A DNA stretch of 32,000 nt from Pirellula staleyi DSM 6068 (GCA_000025185.1 CP001848.1:4860001-4892000); one strand, 5' to 3'; positions 1-10,236 are shown, numbered from the stretch's first letter. The notes: generated by a model not told the origin, from the letters alone. A program made the numbers and translations.

Positions 1-114
1 ATTTTTCTAGCGCGGGGCGGGGCACCGGTTCCACCCAAGCAGGTTGCTGAACCGATTGTGCCTACTGCTGGTCCGAAGATGCCACCGCCAAGTGGTGGAA
101 ACCCGTTTAGATAG
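1..114 (+). CDS. 3' end of an unidentified gene (partial, proline-rich C-terminal tail)
   Basis: Frame 1 is open from the window edge to TAG at 112-114 and reads ...APVPPKQVAEPIVPTAGPKMPPPSGGNPFR*. It is too short for a family call. Confidence 0.3.
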   Translation: MFLARGGAPVPPKQVAEPIVPTAGPKMPPPSGGNPFR

Positions 115-124
115 AGCTGTTACG

Positions 125-989
125 CTAGAGCCAGTTATTGACTTTGTCTGTAGATTTTTGCGAGGAGTATGGTGAGGAAGGCGAGCCAGTGGAAGTTGGT
201 GAGCGTGACGGTGAGTCTCTCATAATCACGCGCGAGACGGCGGAAGCGACTCAGCCAACCAAAGGTGCGCTCAACAACCCAGCGGCGTGGCAATAGGACA
301 AAGCCTCGCTTGGTCTCGGTATGTTTTATAACTTGTAATCTTATCGAGGATGCTTCAGCCTGCTCGGCTGCTGCGGCGCCCGTATAGCCTTGATCGACGT
401 ACGCTATCTCCACGTTGCTGCCCGTCACCTCTTGCACTCTCTGCGAGAGGATGGCGACTTGGTCGCGGTCTTGCTCATTGGCTGCAGTGATGTAAACCGC
501 CAGCAGATTTCCCAGTGTATCGACGGCAATATTGGCCTTCGAACCCTTCTTTTTCTTCGCGCCGTCGTATCCCGCGCGGCCTCCACTTTCAGGAGTCGAT
601 TGCAGCGTTCGAGCATCCATGATCACAGCGGTTGGCTGTTCGTCACGTCCTTCCAAAAGACGCACCATCAGCCTGAGGTCTTGCGCAATTTCCTCAAAGA
701 CTCCCGCTTCGAACCAGCGTCGCATTTGTTGATAGACGGCCCGCCACGGAGGCATTTCATGCGGCAGGAAGTCCCACTGGATTCCTGTTTTCACCACGTA
801 GCGCATGGCGTTAAACTGGTCGCGCAGTGAATAGGCGCGCTGCGGCACATCCTCGCGCATGAGGCTTAAGTAAGGGAGCAGGAATTCCCACTCCGCATCC
901 GTTACGTCGCTGGGATACGACTTCCCTGTCGTGTGTTTCATCCCCTAACTACAGCAATTTCAAGCAGATAAGTCAATAACAGGCTCTAG
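125..989 (-). mobile_element. IS5-family insertion sequence (about 865 bp, single DDE transposase ORF)
   Basis: Terminal inverted repeats are ctagagccAgttattgactt (125-144) and the reverse complement of aagtcaataacAggctctag (970-989), matching at 19 of 20 positions. If the element ends are GAGCC.../...GGCTC (128-986), it is flanked by TA on both sides (126-127 and 987-988) inside a CTAG context, as is typical of IS5-family targets. It encloses the transposase ORF 135-941. Confidence 0.85.
135..941 (-). CDS. IS5-family DDE transposase (DUF4096-type N-terminal HTH plus DDE_Tnp_1 core)
   Basis: This is a 268-aa uninterrupted ORF. N-terminal motif: DAEWEFLLPYL...RYVVKTGIQWDFLP. C-terminal motif: RWVVERTFGWLSRFRRLARDYER. 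Both are characteristic of IS5/IS4-superfamily transposases. The ORF is bounded by the IRs. Confidence 0.9.
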   Translation of the reverse strand: MKHTTGKSYPSDVTDAEWEFLLPYLSLMREDVPQRAYSLRDQFNAMRYVVKTGIQWDFLPHEMPPWRAVYQQMRRWFEAGVFEEIAQDLRLMVRLLEGRDEQPTAVIMDARTLQSTPESGGRAGYDGAKKKKGSKANIAVDTLGNLLAVYITAANEQDRDQVAILSQRVQEVTGSNVEIAYVDQGYTGAAAAEQAEASSIRLQVIKHTETKRGFVLLPRRWVVERTFGWLSRFRRLARDYERLTVTLTNFHWLAFLTILLAKIYRQSQ

Positions 990-1101
990 GTGAAGTGAGT
1001 CGGATGCTGCTCGAGGCGACTCCTCGAGTGACCTTGTAAGACGAGCATTGCTGGAGCGCTATCACCACCTTGGTGCTGGGCCGTAACCGATATACTGATC
1101 G

Positions 1102-1971
1102 ATGTCAGTGGAGGGGCCTGTGTCCGAAGCAACAACTACAAACAGTGGCAAAGAAACCATTGGGGGTGTCGCGCCCAAACGAATCCAGTTTTTCGCAAGC
1201 TACTCGGATGTGTTTCAAGGCCCCCATTTCACCCACAATCTAATCTACATATCGATCGCAATCTTTATCCCAGTTCTCAATCAAGTTCTGCTGCTGGGAT
1301 ATCTTTATGAGACGATCGAATTGAAGTTTCGCGGCCTCACCGCAAGCTATGAGAAATTTGAGTTTCGCCATTTCAACCGCTACCTCCGACGTGGCGTTTG
1401 GCCTTACCTCATCATTCACATTCTTCAAACACTGATGATCCCTGTTTTTCAGATCCTTACACAGACCACGGTCTTTGGGACAATGGCGCTGATGAGGTCC
1501 GACAGGGAAACAGGAATACTAATTGCCGCTATTGTCATCCCCCTCATTGTGCTTGGCTTTATACTCTTCATTTTGTTGATGAGTGTCCTGTTGACGCCGG
1601 TCTATCTAAGAGCTGGATTGTCGCAAGACTTTTCCGAGGGCTTTAAGATTTCCTGGATCCGCGACTTTCTCTCGCGATGCTGGTTAGAAACCTTGATCGC
1701 TAACCTTTTTATGATACTCGTCGGTCTTTTAGGAACCGTAATTGGAATTTTGCTTTTTTGCGTCGGGCTCTTGCCGATCAGTGTGATTTGCTTGCTGGGT
1801 AATGCCGCGATCTTGCTGCAGCTTTATCAACTGTATCTCGCGCGCGGGGGTGAGCCGATCCCCCTCAAGCCGATGGCGACCGACGTTCCGCCGGTCTATC
1901 AGCCTACCGCAGAACCGGGGCTCACTCTGCCGAACTCCGCAGCACCTCCACTTGACCCTGAAGCGACGTAG
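1102..1971 (+). CDS. hypothetical polytopic membrane protein (possibly DUF4013-like) with a proline-rich C-terminal tail
   Basis: This is a 289-aa ORF with several long hydrophobic segments (IYISIAIFIPVLNQVLLLGYLY, ILIAAIVIPLIVLGFILFILLMSVLL, LFMILVGLLGTVIGILLFCVGLLPISVICLLG). The family assignment is from memory only. Confidence 0.7.
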   Translation: MSVEGPVSEATTTNSGKETIGGVAPKRIQFFASYSDVFQGPHFTHNLIYISIAIFIPVLNQVLLLGYLYETIELKFRGLTASYEKFEFRHFNRYLRRGVWPYLIIHILQTLMIPVFQILTQTTVFGTMALMRSDRETGILIAAIVIPLIVLGFILFILLMSVLLTPVYLRAGLSQDFSEGFKISWIRDFLSRCWLETLIANLFMILVGLLGTVIGILLFCVGLLPISVICLLGNAAILLQLYQLYLARGGEPIPLKPMATDVPPVYQPTAEPGLTLPNSAAPPLDPEAT

Positions 1972-2774
1972 CCCCAGCCCGCACTTTTTGATGCGGCCAG
2001 CCGCCTGCATAAGGGAGCAGCGGGGCTTGTCAAGGAGAAATCGCCTTGGGCACTTCTTGCTTGCAGCTTCTCGCGTTGGAAGTGGACGCTAGGCGAGGCA
2101 TACGAAAATCGTTCAATGTGAACTTCGATCACATTAAGAGCCTGCCTCCACTAACCATGGCAACTACTTCAATGGAAGCCAACGAGGCTCCAGCTGCTTC
2201 TAGCTTCCACCGCTCTTTTGCCCAACCTAAGCACCGAACGACCTCGCCAGAAAAAACTCAAAGGTGAACGATTTCCACGAGGCCTCAGCCTCTCGTGACA
2301 GCTAATCGAGACCAAAGAGCACAAAGACAATCGCAAGCCATTACTAACAATGGACTTACATCTTTAACTGCAAACATTTATCCAGGGGCTAGAGCCTTGT
2401 GGTATTACACCGCAGTCGATTGAAAGCCTGAAGAGGGCAGGACTTCCGCTGGTTCGACCAGCTGGCCAAGTCAACTCGGCTGTTCCTCTAGTGTGAACTT
2501 CAATTCCGCTAGAAGTTTGAACATCGGAGTGCGTTAATTTTAAGCAGCGGCATGGAAGTCGCCCTAGAGCGATGCTACGCACACCACCTAGTAGACGTAC
2601 GTCTTGAAATTCTTTTCCCGCATATTCTCTTAAAAATGCTTGCGGGAACTAGGGCTTACCCGTTCGGCACACTCTTTGCTTTCGACGGGTTATGTACTGC
2701 GGATACGGCTACCCGCCCACCTGGAGTGGCGGGTGTTCGCTCGTGGGAAACCGCAGCCTCGTCTGGAAAGGAAT

Positions 2775-3710
2775 GTGATTGTGACTGTTTTTCGAAGTTG
2801 GAAAAAAGGGTTCACGCTGGTCGAACTGCTGGTGGTGATCGCCATCATTGGGGTGCTTGTGGCACTTCTGCTCCCTGCTGTTCAAGCAGCTCGCGAAGCG
2901 GCTCGTCGTTCTTCGTGCAGCAACAACCTCAAGCAATTGGGTCTCGCGCTCCACAACTACCACGACACGCTCGGTAGCTTCCCTTACGGCTACATGGAAG
3001 TTGGCACGCGTCTGAAGCGCAACTGCTGGTTCCAAGGGGTGCTCCCGTTCATGGAACAGACGGCGATGTACGACAAGTACTCTGCCCTCACGATCGAGTG
3101 GATCATGGACGTTCCTGACACGATCAAAGACATCCCCATCAAAACGATGAACTGCCCATCGGATGGTTCGGGGGGATCTAACTCACAGGGTGCCAACGGT
3201 GGAAACCGTGGTCCTGGCTACGGTGCTCAAGGCAATTATGTCGGCTGCACAGGCGATGGTTTGATGGTTTATGGCACTGCCAACGACGGACTCTTTTTTC
3301 AATTATCGAACAATACTTTCGGTAGCGTGATCGATGGAACGAGCAACTCGCTTGCTTTTGGTGAAGTGATCATTCGCGGCAAGAGCAACACCAATAGCGC
3401 TTGGGGTGACGGCGGATCGTACTGGGGTGGTGCTCGTTGGGGTGGCTATGGTTTCACGACCATGGAAGCTCCTAACACAACGATCGCCGACCAAGTTTAC
3501 CTCTGCAAGTCGACCACTTGGAAAGGTGCCCCTTGCACCTCGATTACGTCGTCCGACACGCAGCGCAACTTCCTTCGCAGCTACCATCCTGCTGGTGCTC
3601 AAGTCGCACTGATCGACGGTAGTACACGCTTTATCTCGAATACTATCAACATCACCACCTATCGCGCTCTAGGTACGATCAACGGTGGCGAAACCTTGGG
3701 TGAATACTAA
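2775..3710 (+). CDS. DUF1559 domain protein with prepilin-type N-terminal cleavage/methylation signal (type II secretion pseudopilin-like)
   Basis: N-terminal motif: [56 protein letters not shown]-terminal motif: [20 protein letters not shown]. The 2640 start in the ORF track adds about 45 implausible residues. GTG at 2775 (or 2781) follows the purine-rich ggaaagga and places the class III signal near the N-terminus. The stop position is certain; the start is approximate. Confidence 0.88.
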   Translation: MIVTVFRSWKKGFTLVELLVVIAIIGVLVALLLPAVQAAREAARRSSCSNNLKQLGLALHNYHDTLGSFPYGYMEVGTRLKRNCWFQGVLPFMEQTAMYDKYSALTIEWIMDVPDTIKDIPIKTMNCPSDGSGGSNSQGANGGNRGPGYGAQGNYVGCTGDGLMVYGTANDGLFFQLSNNTFGSVIDGTSNSLAFGEVIIRGKSNTNSAWGDGGSYWGGARWGGYGFTTMEAPNTTIADQVYLCKSTTWKGAPCTSITSSDTQRNFLRSYHPAGAQVALIDGSTRFISNTINITTYRALGTINGGETLGEY

Positions 3711-3740
3711 ACGCCGACACAGCTTGTTGGTTGTTCTCAC

Positions 3741-3769
3741 AGTCCTCAGCATGTTTTGTGCTGAGGACT
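3741..3769 (+). terminator. hairpin downstream of the DUF1559 gene (possible terminator or inter-cistronic stem-loop)
   Basis: A perfect 11-bp stem, agtcctcagca (3741-3751) and tgctgaggact (3759-3769), flanks a 7-nt loop tgttttg. There is no clear T-tract after it. Confidence 0.45.
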
Positions 3770-3838
3770 TATACACCCAACGAGCTTGAACGCTAATTCA
3801 TAAACATGTTCATTTATTGCTATGCGGGAGGTTGTGAC

Positions 3839-4240
3839 GTGCTGCGTAAGTTGATGGGTCTCACGCTGGTTTGCCTCGCGAGCTTTGCTGCAGGATGTTC
3901 CTCAGGAAGCTCCGAAGTGAAGGTGGAAGGGACCGTAATGTTCATGAATACGCCGGTGGAAAGTGGTGAGATTATTTTCATGCCGGAAGATGGCAAATCG
4001 CCGAATGTCGCCACACGGATTGAGCAAGGGAAATATAGTCTCGTTGCGTCACCGGGCCTGAACCGGGTGAGCATCACCGCTTACCGCGAAATTCCAGGCA
4101 AGTTCGACAATTCGAATCCTGGTCAACCGACGCCAATGACCGAAATGTATATTCCGCCTCAATTCAACTCGAACACGACGCTCAAGGTGACGGTCGACGC
4201 AGCTCAGCCGACGCTTGATTTCCCACTCGGCAGCAGCTAG
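3839..4240 (+). CDS. small lipoprotein, carboxypeptidase-regulatory-like fold candidate (common DUF1559 partner)
   Basis: GTG at 3839 lies 8 nt after gggagg (3825-3830). It gives MLRKLMGLTLVCLASFAAGC|SSGSS, a lipoprotein-type signal with a lipobox Cys. The mature part is beta-rich (EVKVEGTVMFMNTPVESGEIIFMPEDG...GKYSL). ATG alternatives at 3806 and 3854 are possible. Confidence 0.75.
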   Translation: MLRKLMGLTLVCLASFAAGCSSGSSEVKVEGTVMFMNTPVESGEIIFMPEDGKSPNVATRIEQGKYSLVASPGLNRVSITAYREIPGKFDNSNPGQPTPMTEMYIPPQFNSNTTLKVTVDAAQPTLDFPLGSS

Positions 4241-4478
4241 TTCGCGTAGAGCTTTCGCCTTGAACTTGGCAGTTATAGTACATGCCCAGTGCTCCGGTGG
4301 AACAATGGTGAGGCACCCTTGGCCGTCTCGTTTCAAACTAGGCGGCCTTGGGTATTTCTTGGCACAGTATCAAGTGCGTAAGCGGGCACCAAATACTGTC
4401 GCAAGCGCCGAGCGGCCAATTCGCTTTGTGTGGCTTGAAATGTTGTGCCGAGTGTGCTGATTGATCGCAGGCTATGCC

Positions 4479-6578
4479 TTAGCCAACGCTTCCTAGATCG
4501 AGCGTTTTCCCATATCGCACCAGTACCATACGTCGCAGTTTTGCGAGCTCTTGCGTGGCCAGTTCCGGTGATTCCAGCAGCATCTGCTGCGCGTCGACAC
4601 GCGCCTTCAGCAAGATCTCGCGATCGCGCACCAGGTCGGCCATGCGGAGCGGTGGCAAGCCATGCTGCTTCGTACCGAGCAAATCGCCGGGACCCCGCAA
4701 TCGAAAATCAATCTCGGCGAGTTCAAAGCCGTCGGTCGATTGCGTGAAGGCAGCGAGGCGCTGCTGGGATTCTTCGGTTGATGGCTGCGCGAAAACACAG
4801 CAGAACCCCGGATGCTGTCCGCGCGTCACGCGCCCACGAAGCTGGTGCAGCTGAGCAAGTCCAAACCGCTCGCCATCTTCGATGGTCATGAGGGTAGCAT
4901 TCGGGACGTCGATTCCGACCTCAATCACCGGTGTCGCAATCAGGACCTGCAATTTTCCCGCTTCAAATCGAGTCAGTATCTCATCCTTTTCGGTCGACGA
5001 CATTTTTCCGTGAAGCATTCCGCAGCGAATCCCCTGGAGTTCTCCCTCTGAGAGTTTTTCATACAAGGTGGTGACCGACTGCGCTTCAATATGCTCCGAC
5101 TGCTCCACCAATGGGGCGATAACATAACCTTGCCGACCTTCGGCCAACCGCTTGCGAAAGAAATTCCACCATCCCTCGCGACGCTCGTCTCCCACGCAGT
5201 AGGTGTTTACCTTTTGACGACCAGGAGGTGTTCCCGTCAGAGTGCTCACCTCGAGATCACCAAACAGTGTCAAGCTGATCGTTCGGGGAATCGGGGTCGC
5301 GGTCATCACCAAGTAGTGTGGATTCTCGCCCGCCCCTTTCAGTGCTGCACGCTGTCGAACTCCAAACTTGTGCTGCTCGTCGATCACCACCAGCCCGAGC
5401 TTGGCAAATGGAAGATCACTTCCGCCCGCTGAAGCCGCGATGGCATGGGTGCCGACGACAATATCGATCTCGCCTTGCTGAATTTTGGCGAGCGTTTGTT
5501 TGCGTTCGCCAGTGGGCATCGAGCCTGTGACGCAAGCTATCCGGACACGACTTGCAGCGAGCCGATCGGCAAGCGTTCGCGCATGCTGACGTGCCAAAAC
5601 TTCGGTGGGGGCCATCAGTGCCGCTTGCCGGCCGTGGGCAACGGTCAGTAGCATGGCAAACATCGCGACCACGGTTTTCCCGCTCCCAACATCTCCCTGA
5701 AGCAGGCGATTCATCGGCCGATCGCGCCCCATATCGGCTGTTATTTCATTGATCACCTGCCGCTGACTTTCGGTGAGCGCAAATGGCAGGAGCCGAGTGA
5801 TGCGGGCATCGATCCGCGCATCGATCGGCATCGGAACTGCTGTGCAATTAGTCTCGAGTCGCGATTTTCGCCAGCAAAGAGCGAGCTGCAGGACCAGCAA
5901 TTCTTGGTAGATGAATCGACGTCGAGCCCCCTCTAACCTCTCTTTTGAAGTCGGAAAGTGTACCTCTAAAGTTGCTTCAGAGATCGGGAGTAAGTCGTGA
6001 GCTTTTCTTAATTCATCCGGAAATACTTCTTCAAGATATTCCGAATACTTTTCCACGACATTTTGCACCATGCGGCGCATCTGCGTTTGCGTAATCCCAT
6101 CGGTGAGCGAGTACACCGGCAAGATTCGCCCGGTGGGAGCATCTTCATCGTCGGCAAGCATCTGGGTCCGAGGGTGAGTGAATTCCCAGCGTAAGCCCTG
6201 TAATTTTGGTGCTCCTGAAACCAGGACGCGACGGCCTGGTTTGTACTTGTCGCGTAAAAATCCCTGGCTGAACCACATGCAGCGAATGTACTGCGTTCCC
6301 TGGCGAACGAGCACGGCGAGCAACGTACGTCCATTGCGGAGTGGGCGGAAATCAACCTCTTCGACCACTCCCACTACGCTCGCCATCACCCCTTCTTCGA
6401 GCTGCGAAACTTCGCGCAGCTCGCTCATATCCTGGTAACTGCGAGGAAAGCAGAAGAGTACGTCGCGCGCGGTGCGGAGCTCGAGACGATGCAAATAAGG
6501 CGCGCGAGCAGGCCCGATCCCACGAATCTCTTCGACAGGAGTTGCCAAAAATTGCGAGGGTGTTTGCCGCGCGTCCAT
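4479..6578 (-). CDS. recG: ATP-dependent DNA helicase RecG
   Basis: The 699-aa ORF has an N-terminal wedge/OB region. Helicase motifs: [14 protein letters not shown] (Walker A), [10 protein letters not shown] (DEQH box), MTATPIPRT, and LHGKMSS..K plus [12 protein letters not shown] (motif VI). The order and length are typical of RecG. Confidence 0.95.
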   Translation of the reverse strand: MDARQTPSQFLATPVEEIRGIGPARAPYLHRLELRTARDVLFCFPRSYQDMSELREVSQLEEGVMASVVGVVEEVDFRPLRNGRTLLAVLVRQGTQYIRCMWFSQGFLRDKYKPGRRVLVSGAPKLQGLRWEFTHPRTQMLADDEDAPTGRILPVYSLTDGITQTQMRRMVQNVVEKYSEYLEEVFPDELRKAHDLLPISEATLEVHFPTSKERLEGARRRFIYQELLVLQLALCWRKSRLETNCTAVPMPIDARIDARITRLLPFALTESQRQVINEITADMGRDRPMNRLLQGDVGSGKTVVAMFAMLLTVAHGRQAALMAPTEVLARQHARTLADRLAASRVRIACVTGSMPTGERKQTLAKIQQGEIDIVVGTHAIAASAGGSDLPFAKLGLVVIDEQHKFGVRQRAALKGAGENPHYLVMTATPIPRTISLTLFGDLEVSTLTGTPPGRQKVNTYCVGDERREGWWNFFRKRLAEGRQGYVIAPLVEQSEHIEAQSVTTLYEKLSEGELQGIRCGMLHGKMSSTEKDEILTRFEAGKLQVLIATPVIEVGIDVPNATLMTIEDGERFGLAQLHQLRGRVTRGQHPGFCCVFAQPSTEESQQRLAAFTQSTDGFELAEIDFRLRGPGDLLGTKQHGLPPLRMADLVRDREILLKARVDAQQMLLESPELATQELAKLRRMVLVRYGKTLDLGSVG

Positions 6579-6655
6579 GGCGGCAATATAGCAACTTCTT
6601 ATCTCGCCGCGATCACATCAGAGTGAGCGCAGCATCTGTTTTTCGTGAGCCGCCC

Positions 6656-7255
6656 TTAAGCAGCCCGGCGTGCCTGGTAGAGATAGGGATTCAGGGATGG
6701 ATCGTTATACATCTTCAGCTGACGGTAGGTCTTGTGCTTCTTACGTCCAGCAAAGATGTCGTCGATGAGTTGCTGAGCTGAAGCCGACAAATCGTCGTGC
6801 TGTGCCAGGGCGATGGCCAGTTTGCGTTCGACCCCCTCGACATGCTCGGCCGTGGCGTCGAGGCGATCGCGCTGTTCTTTCAAGTGATAAATCCGAAGTG
6901 CCAGGATCGACAGGCGATCGATCGAGCTTCCCGGAGTTTCGGTGTTCAGCGTGGCGTGTGCTCCTGGACGAATGCCGACGCGATCGACCTCGGCGGTGAT
7001 CATATCGTCGAGTTTTTCGATCCAGTCGTTGCGCTGCTGATTAAATTTGTCGATCGCACGCTTCACTTCAGCGATGCGGGCGTCGGAGACTTCTCGGCTC
7101 CGGGCAATATCTTCTTCGTGCCACAGCTGATAGTTGAAGCTCAGCTGCGTGCAAACGGCCGCCAGGAAACCTTGATACGGATTGTCGATCGCGCGCTGAT
7201 GCCAGCGGGCGACCATAGTGGCGTGGAGCGTAGTAACCTCGGCGATGCGAATCAT
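6656..7255 (-). CDS. DUF4254 domain-containing protein
   Basis: The sequence WHQRAIDNPYQ...CTQLSFNYQLWHEEDIARS...RIAEVKRAIDKFNQQRNDWIEKLD...SIDRLSILALRIYHL matches my recollection of DUF4254. I chose the ATG at 7255 (MIRIAEV...), which gives about 199 aa. The 7390 start in the ORF track adds a non-protein-like extension. Confidence 0.75.
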   Translation of the reverse strand: MIRIAEVTTLHATMVARWHQRAIDNPYQGFLAAVCTQLSFNYQLWHEEDIARSREVSDARIAEVKRAIDKFNQQRNDWIEKLDDMITAEVDRVGIRPGAHATLNTETPGSSIDRLSILALRIYHLKEQRDRLDATAEHVEGVERKLAIALAQHDDLSASAQQLIDDIFAGRKKHKTYRQLKMYNDPSLNPYLYQARRAA

Positions 7256-7560
7256 CCATGACCTCGCGGGCGGGAAACGAACAGGAGAGAGTAAAGCAGA
7301 TGGCTTGTGAGCCGAAGTGTATCGACGAGCGATGTTTTGGGGCAAGCTCGCTTCGCACAGCAGCGCAAGAATTACGGCAACCAGTGTCACTGTTACACGG
7401 CGATTGCCAGAGCTTCTCTAGTCACCGCGGCGCTCGTCGGGTTAAATAGGAGTAGCCCTAAGTCCCCTGGGGACAAACGGTTCACGATGCTGGCACGCTC
7501 GATCGATTCGGAAATCGTGGTCAGCTGATTTCACTTTTACCCTAGAAATTCCGCGTCAGA

Positions 7561-8589
7561 ATGCAGGCTATCATGGCGAGCCCCAGCGGCACGAAGACGA
7601 ACATCGGCTTCTACAGCATCCTGATTCTGACGATCGGTTGCGGGCTAGCACTGCTATCGTTCTCGGGCAGTGGCTTTGTGTTCTCGCAGCGTGCCCCACT
7701 CTCCAAACTCACGCTGAGCGACATTCCTTTTAACGGCGAACGGGCCTACGAGCACCTCAAAACCGTTTGCGCTATTGGGCCGCGAATTTCGGGGACCCAG
7801 GGAATGCTCGACCAACAGGCCTACCTAGTGAAGCATTTTGAATCGATCGGGGGGAAGGTGACGCTCCAATCGTTCGACATTCGTCACCCCGAAACGGGCG
7901 AACGAACGACGCTCGCCAACCTGATTGTCGAGTGGCATCCTGAGCGCGAGGAGCGAATCCTAGTCGCCTGCCACTACGACACCCGTCCCTTTCCCGACCA
8001 AGATCCTAATCCTCGGCTTCGCCGCGAACCTTTCATCGGCGCGAACGATGGGGGAAGTGGCGTGGGACTTCTCTGCGAACTCGGGACGATGATGCCGCAA
8101 TTCGAGAGTAAGTATGGTATCGACTTTGTACTGTTCGACGGCGAAGAGTTGGTCTACGACGATCGCGATAAATACTTTCTCGGCTCGGAGCATTTCTCGA
8201 ACGAATACATTCGCAATCCTCCTCGGCATAAGTACCGCTCGGGAATCTTGCTCGACATGGTGGGAGATGCCGAACTGCAGGTGTTCCGTGAAAGCCTGAG
8301 TATGAGTTGGCCCGAGACACGTCCCATCGTGCTCGACATTTGGAAGACGGCTGAAGACTTGGGGGTGAAAGAATTCATTTCGCGCACGCGTCACGAAATT
8401 CGCGACGACCACCTAGCGCTCCGCAACATCGCCAAGATCCCCACCTGCGATATCATCGACTTCGACTATCCGCGCCCCGGAAATGTGAACTACTGGCATA
8501 CGACCAAAGATGTTCCCGAGAACTGCAGCGCCCTATCGCTCGCGAAAGTGGGCTGGGTGGTCCACGAGTATCTGAAGCGGCTGAAGTAA
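7561..8589 (+). CDS. M28-family metallopeptidase / glutaminyl-peptide cyclotransferase-like protein, membrane-anchored or secreted
   Basis: There is an N-terminal hydrophobic anchor (FYSILILTIGCGLALLSF). Metal-binding-type motifs: ILVACHYDTRP, GANDGGSGVGLLCEL, VLFDGEE, GILLDMVGD, and DDHLAL...YWHTTKD. Confidence 0.85.
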   Translation: MQAIMASPSGTKTNIGFYSILILTIGCGLALLSFSGSGFVFSQRAPLSKLTLSDIPFNGERAYEHLKTVCAIGPRISGTQGMLDQQAYLVKHFESIGGKVTLQSFDIRHPETGERTTLANLIVEWHPEREERILVACHYDTRPFPDQDPNPRLRREPFIGANDGGSGVGLLCELGTMMPQFESKYGIDFVLFDGEELVYDDRDKYFLGSEHFSNEYIRNPPRHKYRSGILLDMVGDAELQVFRESLSMSWPETRPIVLDIWKTAEDLGVKEFISRTRHEIRDDHLALRNIAKIPTCDIIDFDYPRPGNVNYWHTTKDVPENCSALSLAKVGWVVHEYLKRLK

Positions 8590-8676
8590 CCATCAATAAA
8601 TCCGTGGCTGCACTAAGTGCTGCAGAAGCGCACGCGTCACGTATTTCGAGCGAACCACCACTTTGTCGAGACGATC

Positions 8677-9111
8677 ATGCCCCCATCGATCTGGTTTTCT
8701 GTGGGGCTGGTGGCATCGTCGATCTTTCTTATTGCGATGCATCTGGTCACATGGAGAAAAGCGGATCACGGCGCTCTGACCGATGCCGATCAGCTTTTCT
8801 ATCAACAGCAATATCAGCGGCGCACGACGGCAAGCGGACTCCTGGGGATCATCGGGGTGCTCCTCTCGGCGGAGTCGATCCTGGGAGATGCGATTACCAA
8901 ATCGCTGTTTCTCCTCGGGATTGCAAGCGCGGTTTGTGTCACATTGGTCCTCGCGCTTTCTGATTGGCTCGCAACCCGCAAACACTACGAGCAGCATAAG
9001 CGCGACGCAGCCGCCGAGCATGCCTTGCTACGAGCCGAGATCGAGCGTTATCACCGCGAGCAATCCGACCAGCATCGAACTTCATCGGGCGACTCACCTG
9101 ACACACCATAG
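8677..9111 (+). CDS. hypothetical small membrane protein (three predicted TM helices plus a charged C-terminal helix)
   Basis: From ATG 8677 the ORF reads MPPSIWFSVGLVASSIFLIAMHLVTW. Two further hydrophobic stretches follow (LLGIIGVLLSAESIL, LFLLGIASAVCVTLVLALSDWL). No family was recognised. Competing ORFs on both strands look non-protein-like. Confidence 0.6.
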   Translation: MPPSIWFSVGLVASSIFLIAMHLVTWRKADHGALTDADQLFYQQQYQRRTTASGLLGIIGVLLSAESILGDAITKSLFLLGIASAVCVTLVLALSDWLATRKHYEQHKRDAAAEHALLRAEIERYHREQSDQHRTSSGDSPDTP

Positions 9112-9171
9112 ATCATCGGCGTGCGACTGTATTAGCGATATTCCCCTCTTCCCAACGAATCAAACGCTCTC

Positions 9172-10236
9172 ATGACAACCACCTCGAAGTTGTATCGCAT
9201 CGCCGTCTATGGTGGAGATGGCATTGGGGCAGATGTCACGCGCGAGGCTTTGCGTCTGCTTAACGCAGTAGCGCAGCGTCATGCATTTCAACTCGTACTG
9301 ACGGAACTCGATTGGGGCATCGATCACTATCGACGAACTGGAGTCGTGGTCCCCGAAAACTTCCTCGAGATTCTGCGGCCTCACGATGCAATTTTGCTCG
9401 GCGCAGTCGGTTGGCCAGCAGAACTTCCCGACCATGCGACACTCGCCCCCCTCGTTCGCATTCGTCAGGCGTTTGATCAGTATGCGTGCGTTCGTCCCGC
9501 ATGGTTGCTCCCTGGTGTTCCCTGCGTTTTGACGGGGAAATCGGCGGGGGATATCGATTTGGTCGTGATCCGCGAAAATAGCGAAGGGGAATATGTCGAC
9601 CAAGGGGGCTGGCTCCATCGAGGGACCGATCGCGAGGTGGCGATTCAAACAGCGGTTCATTCGCGACGGGGGGTAGCGCGTATTTTGCGCTATGCTTTTG
9701 AGCTCGCGCGAAAGCGCAAACAGAAACTCACAATGGCGACGAAATCGAACGCGCAGCGCTATGCCTACGTGCTGTGGGATAACCTGCTCGACGAAATCGC
9801 GCCCGAGTATCCTGATGTCGCGAGCGAGCGGCAGCACTGCGACGCGCTGCTGATGAACCTGGTGCGCTGGCCCGAGCGATTCGATGTGATCGTGGCGTCG
9901 AACTTGTTTGGCGATCTGCTCACCGATCTAGCGGGACAACTTGCAGGGGGACTGGGCCTGGCTCCTTCCACCAATACCAATCCCGAGCGCAACTTTCCTT
10001 CGATGTTCGAACCGGTGCATGGGAGTGCGCCCGACATCGCTGGAAAAGGAATTGCCAATCCAACCGCTGCCATTCTCTCGGCGGCGATGATGCTAGAGCA
10101 TCTCGGCGAAGTCGCAGCGGCACGAATGATCGAGCAGTCGATCGCCTCGACACTTGCAGCAGGGCATCGTACTCGCGATTTGGGGGGAACACTCTCGACC
10201 ATCGAGTTCACTGATCGAGTGCTCGAGCATCTCTAA
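9172..10236 (+). CDS. isocitrate/isopropylmalate dehydrogenase-family enzyme (tartrate or D-malate dehydrogenase-like)
   Basis: Motifs: YRIAVYGGDGIGADVTREALRLL, LLGAVGWP, DLVVIRENSEGEY, and NLFGDLLTDLAGQLAGGLGLAPS...FEPVHGSAPDIAGKGIANPTAAILSAAMMLEHLG. These are classic beta-decarboxylating dehydrogenase signatures, and the N-terminal pattern resembles tartrate dehydrogenases. Confidence 0.88.
   Translation: MTTTSKLYRIAVYGGDGIGADVTREALRLLNAVAQRHAFQLVLTELDWGIDHYRRTGVVVPENFLEILRPHDAILLGAVGWPAELPDHATLAPLVRIRQAFDQYACVRPAWLLPGVPCVLTGKSAGDIDLVVIRENSEGEYVDQGGWLHRGTDREVAIQTAVHSRRGVARILRYAFELARKRKQKLTMATKSNAQRYAYVLWDNLLDEIAPEYPDVASERQHCDALLMNLVRWPERFDVIVASNLFGDLLTDLAGQLAGGLGLAPSTNTNPERNFPSMFEPVHGSAPDIAGKGIANPTAAILSAAMMLEHLGEVAAARMIEQSIASTLAAGHRTRDLGGTLSTIEFTDRVLEHL

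Noticed and set aside
2441-2472. GGTTCGA-containing hairpin resembling a tRNA T-arm
   Set aside because: The loop is only 5 nt with the best stem. No acceptor, D or anticodon arms can be built around it, so it is not a tRNA.
2640-2774. Upstream extension of the DUF1559 ORF (and extensions 6656-7390, 8617-8676, 10830-10961, 11029-11079)
   Set aside because: The extensions would bury N-terminal signal or anchor sequences, or add non-protein-like residues. Internal starts have better RBS context and give family-typical lengths.
9160-9837. 225-aa antisense ORF in the dehydrogenase gene (similarly 11062-11658, 14197-14841, 14838-15458, 7960-8412)
   Set aside because: All lie opposite genes with strong family motifs and have no motifs of their own. 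They are typical antisense open frames in moderately GC-rich DNA.
10233-10236. 4-nt overlap of convergent stop codons (CTAA) between the dehydrogenase and ogt genes
   Set aside because: The overlap is real but is a common compaction feature. No hairpin or regulatory implication can be supported from the sequence.
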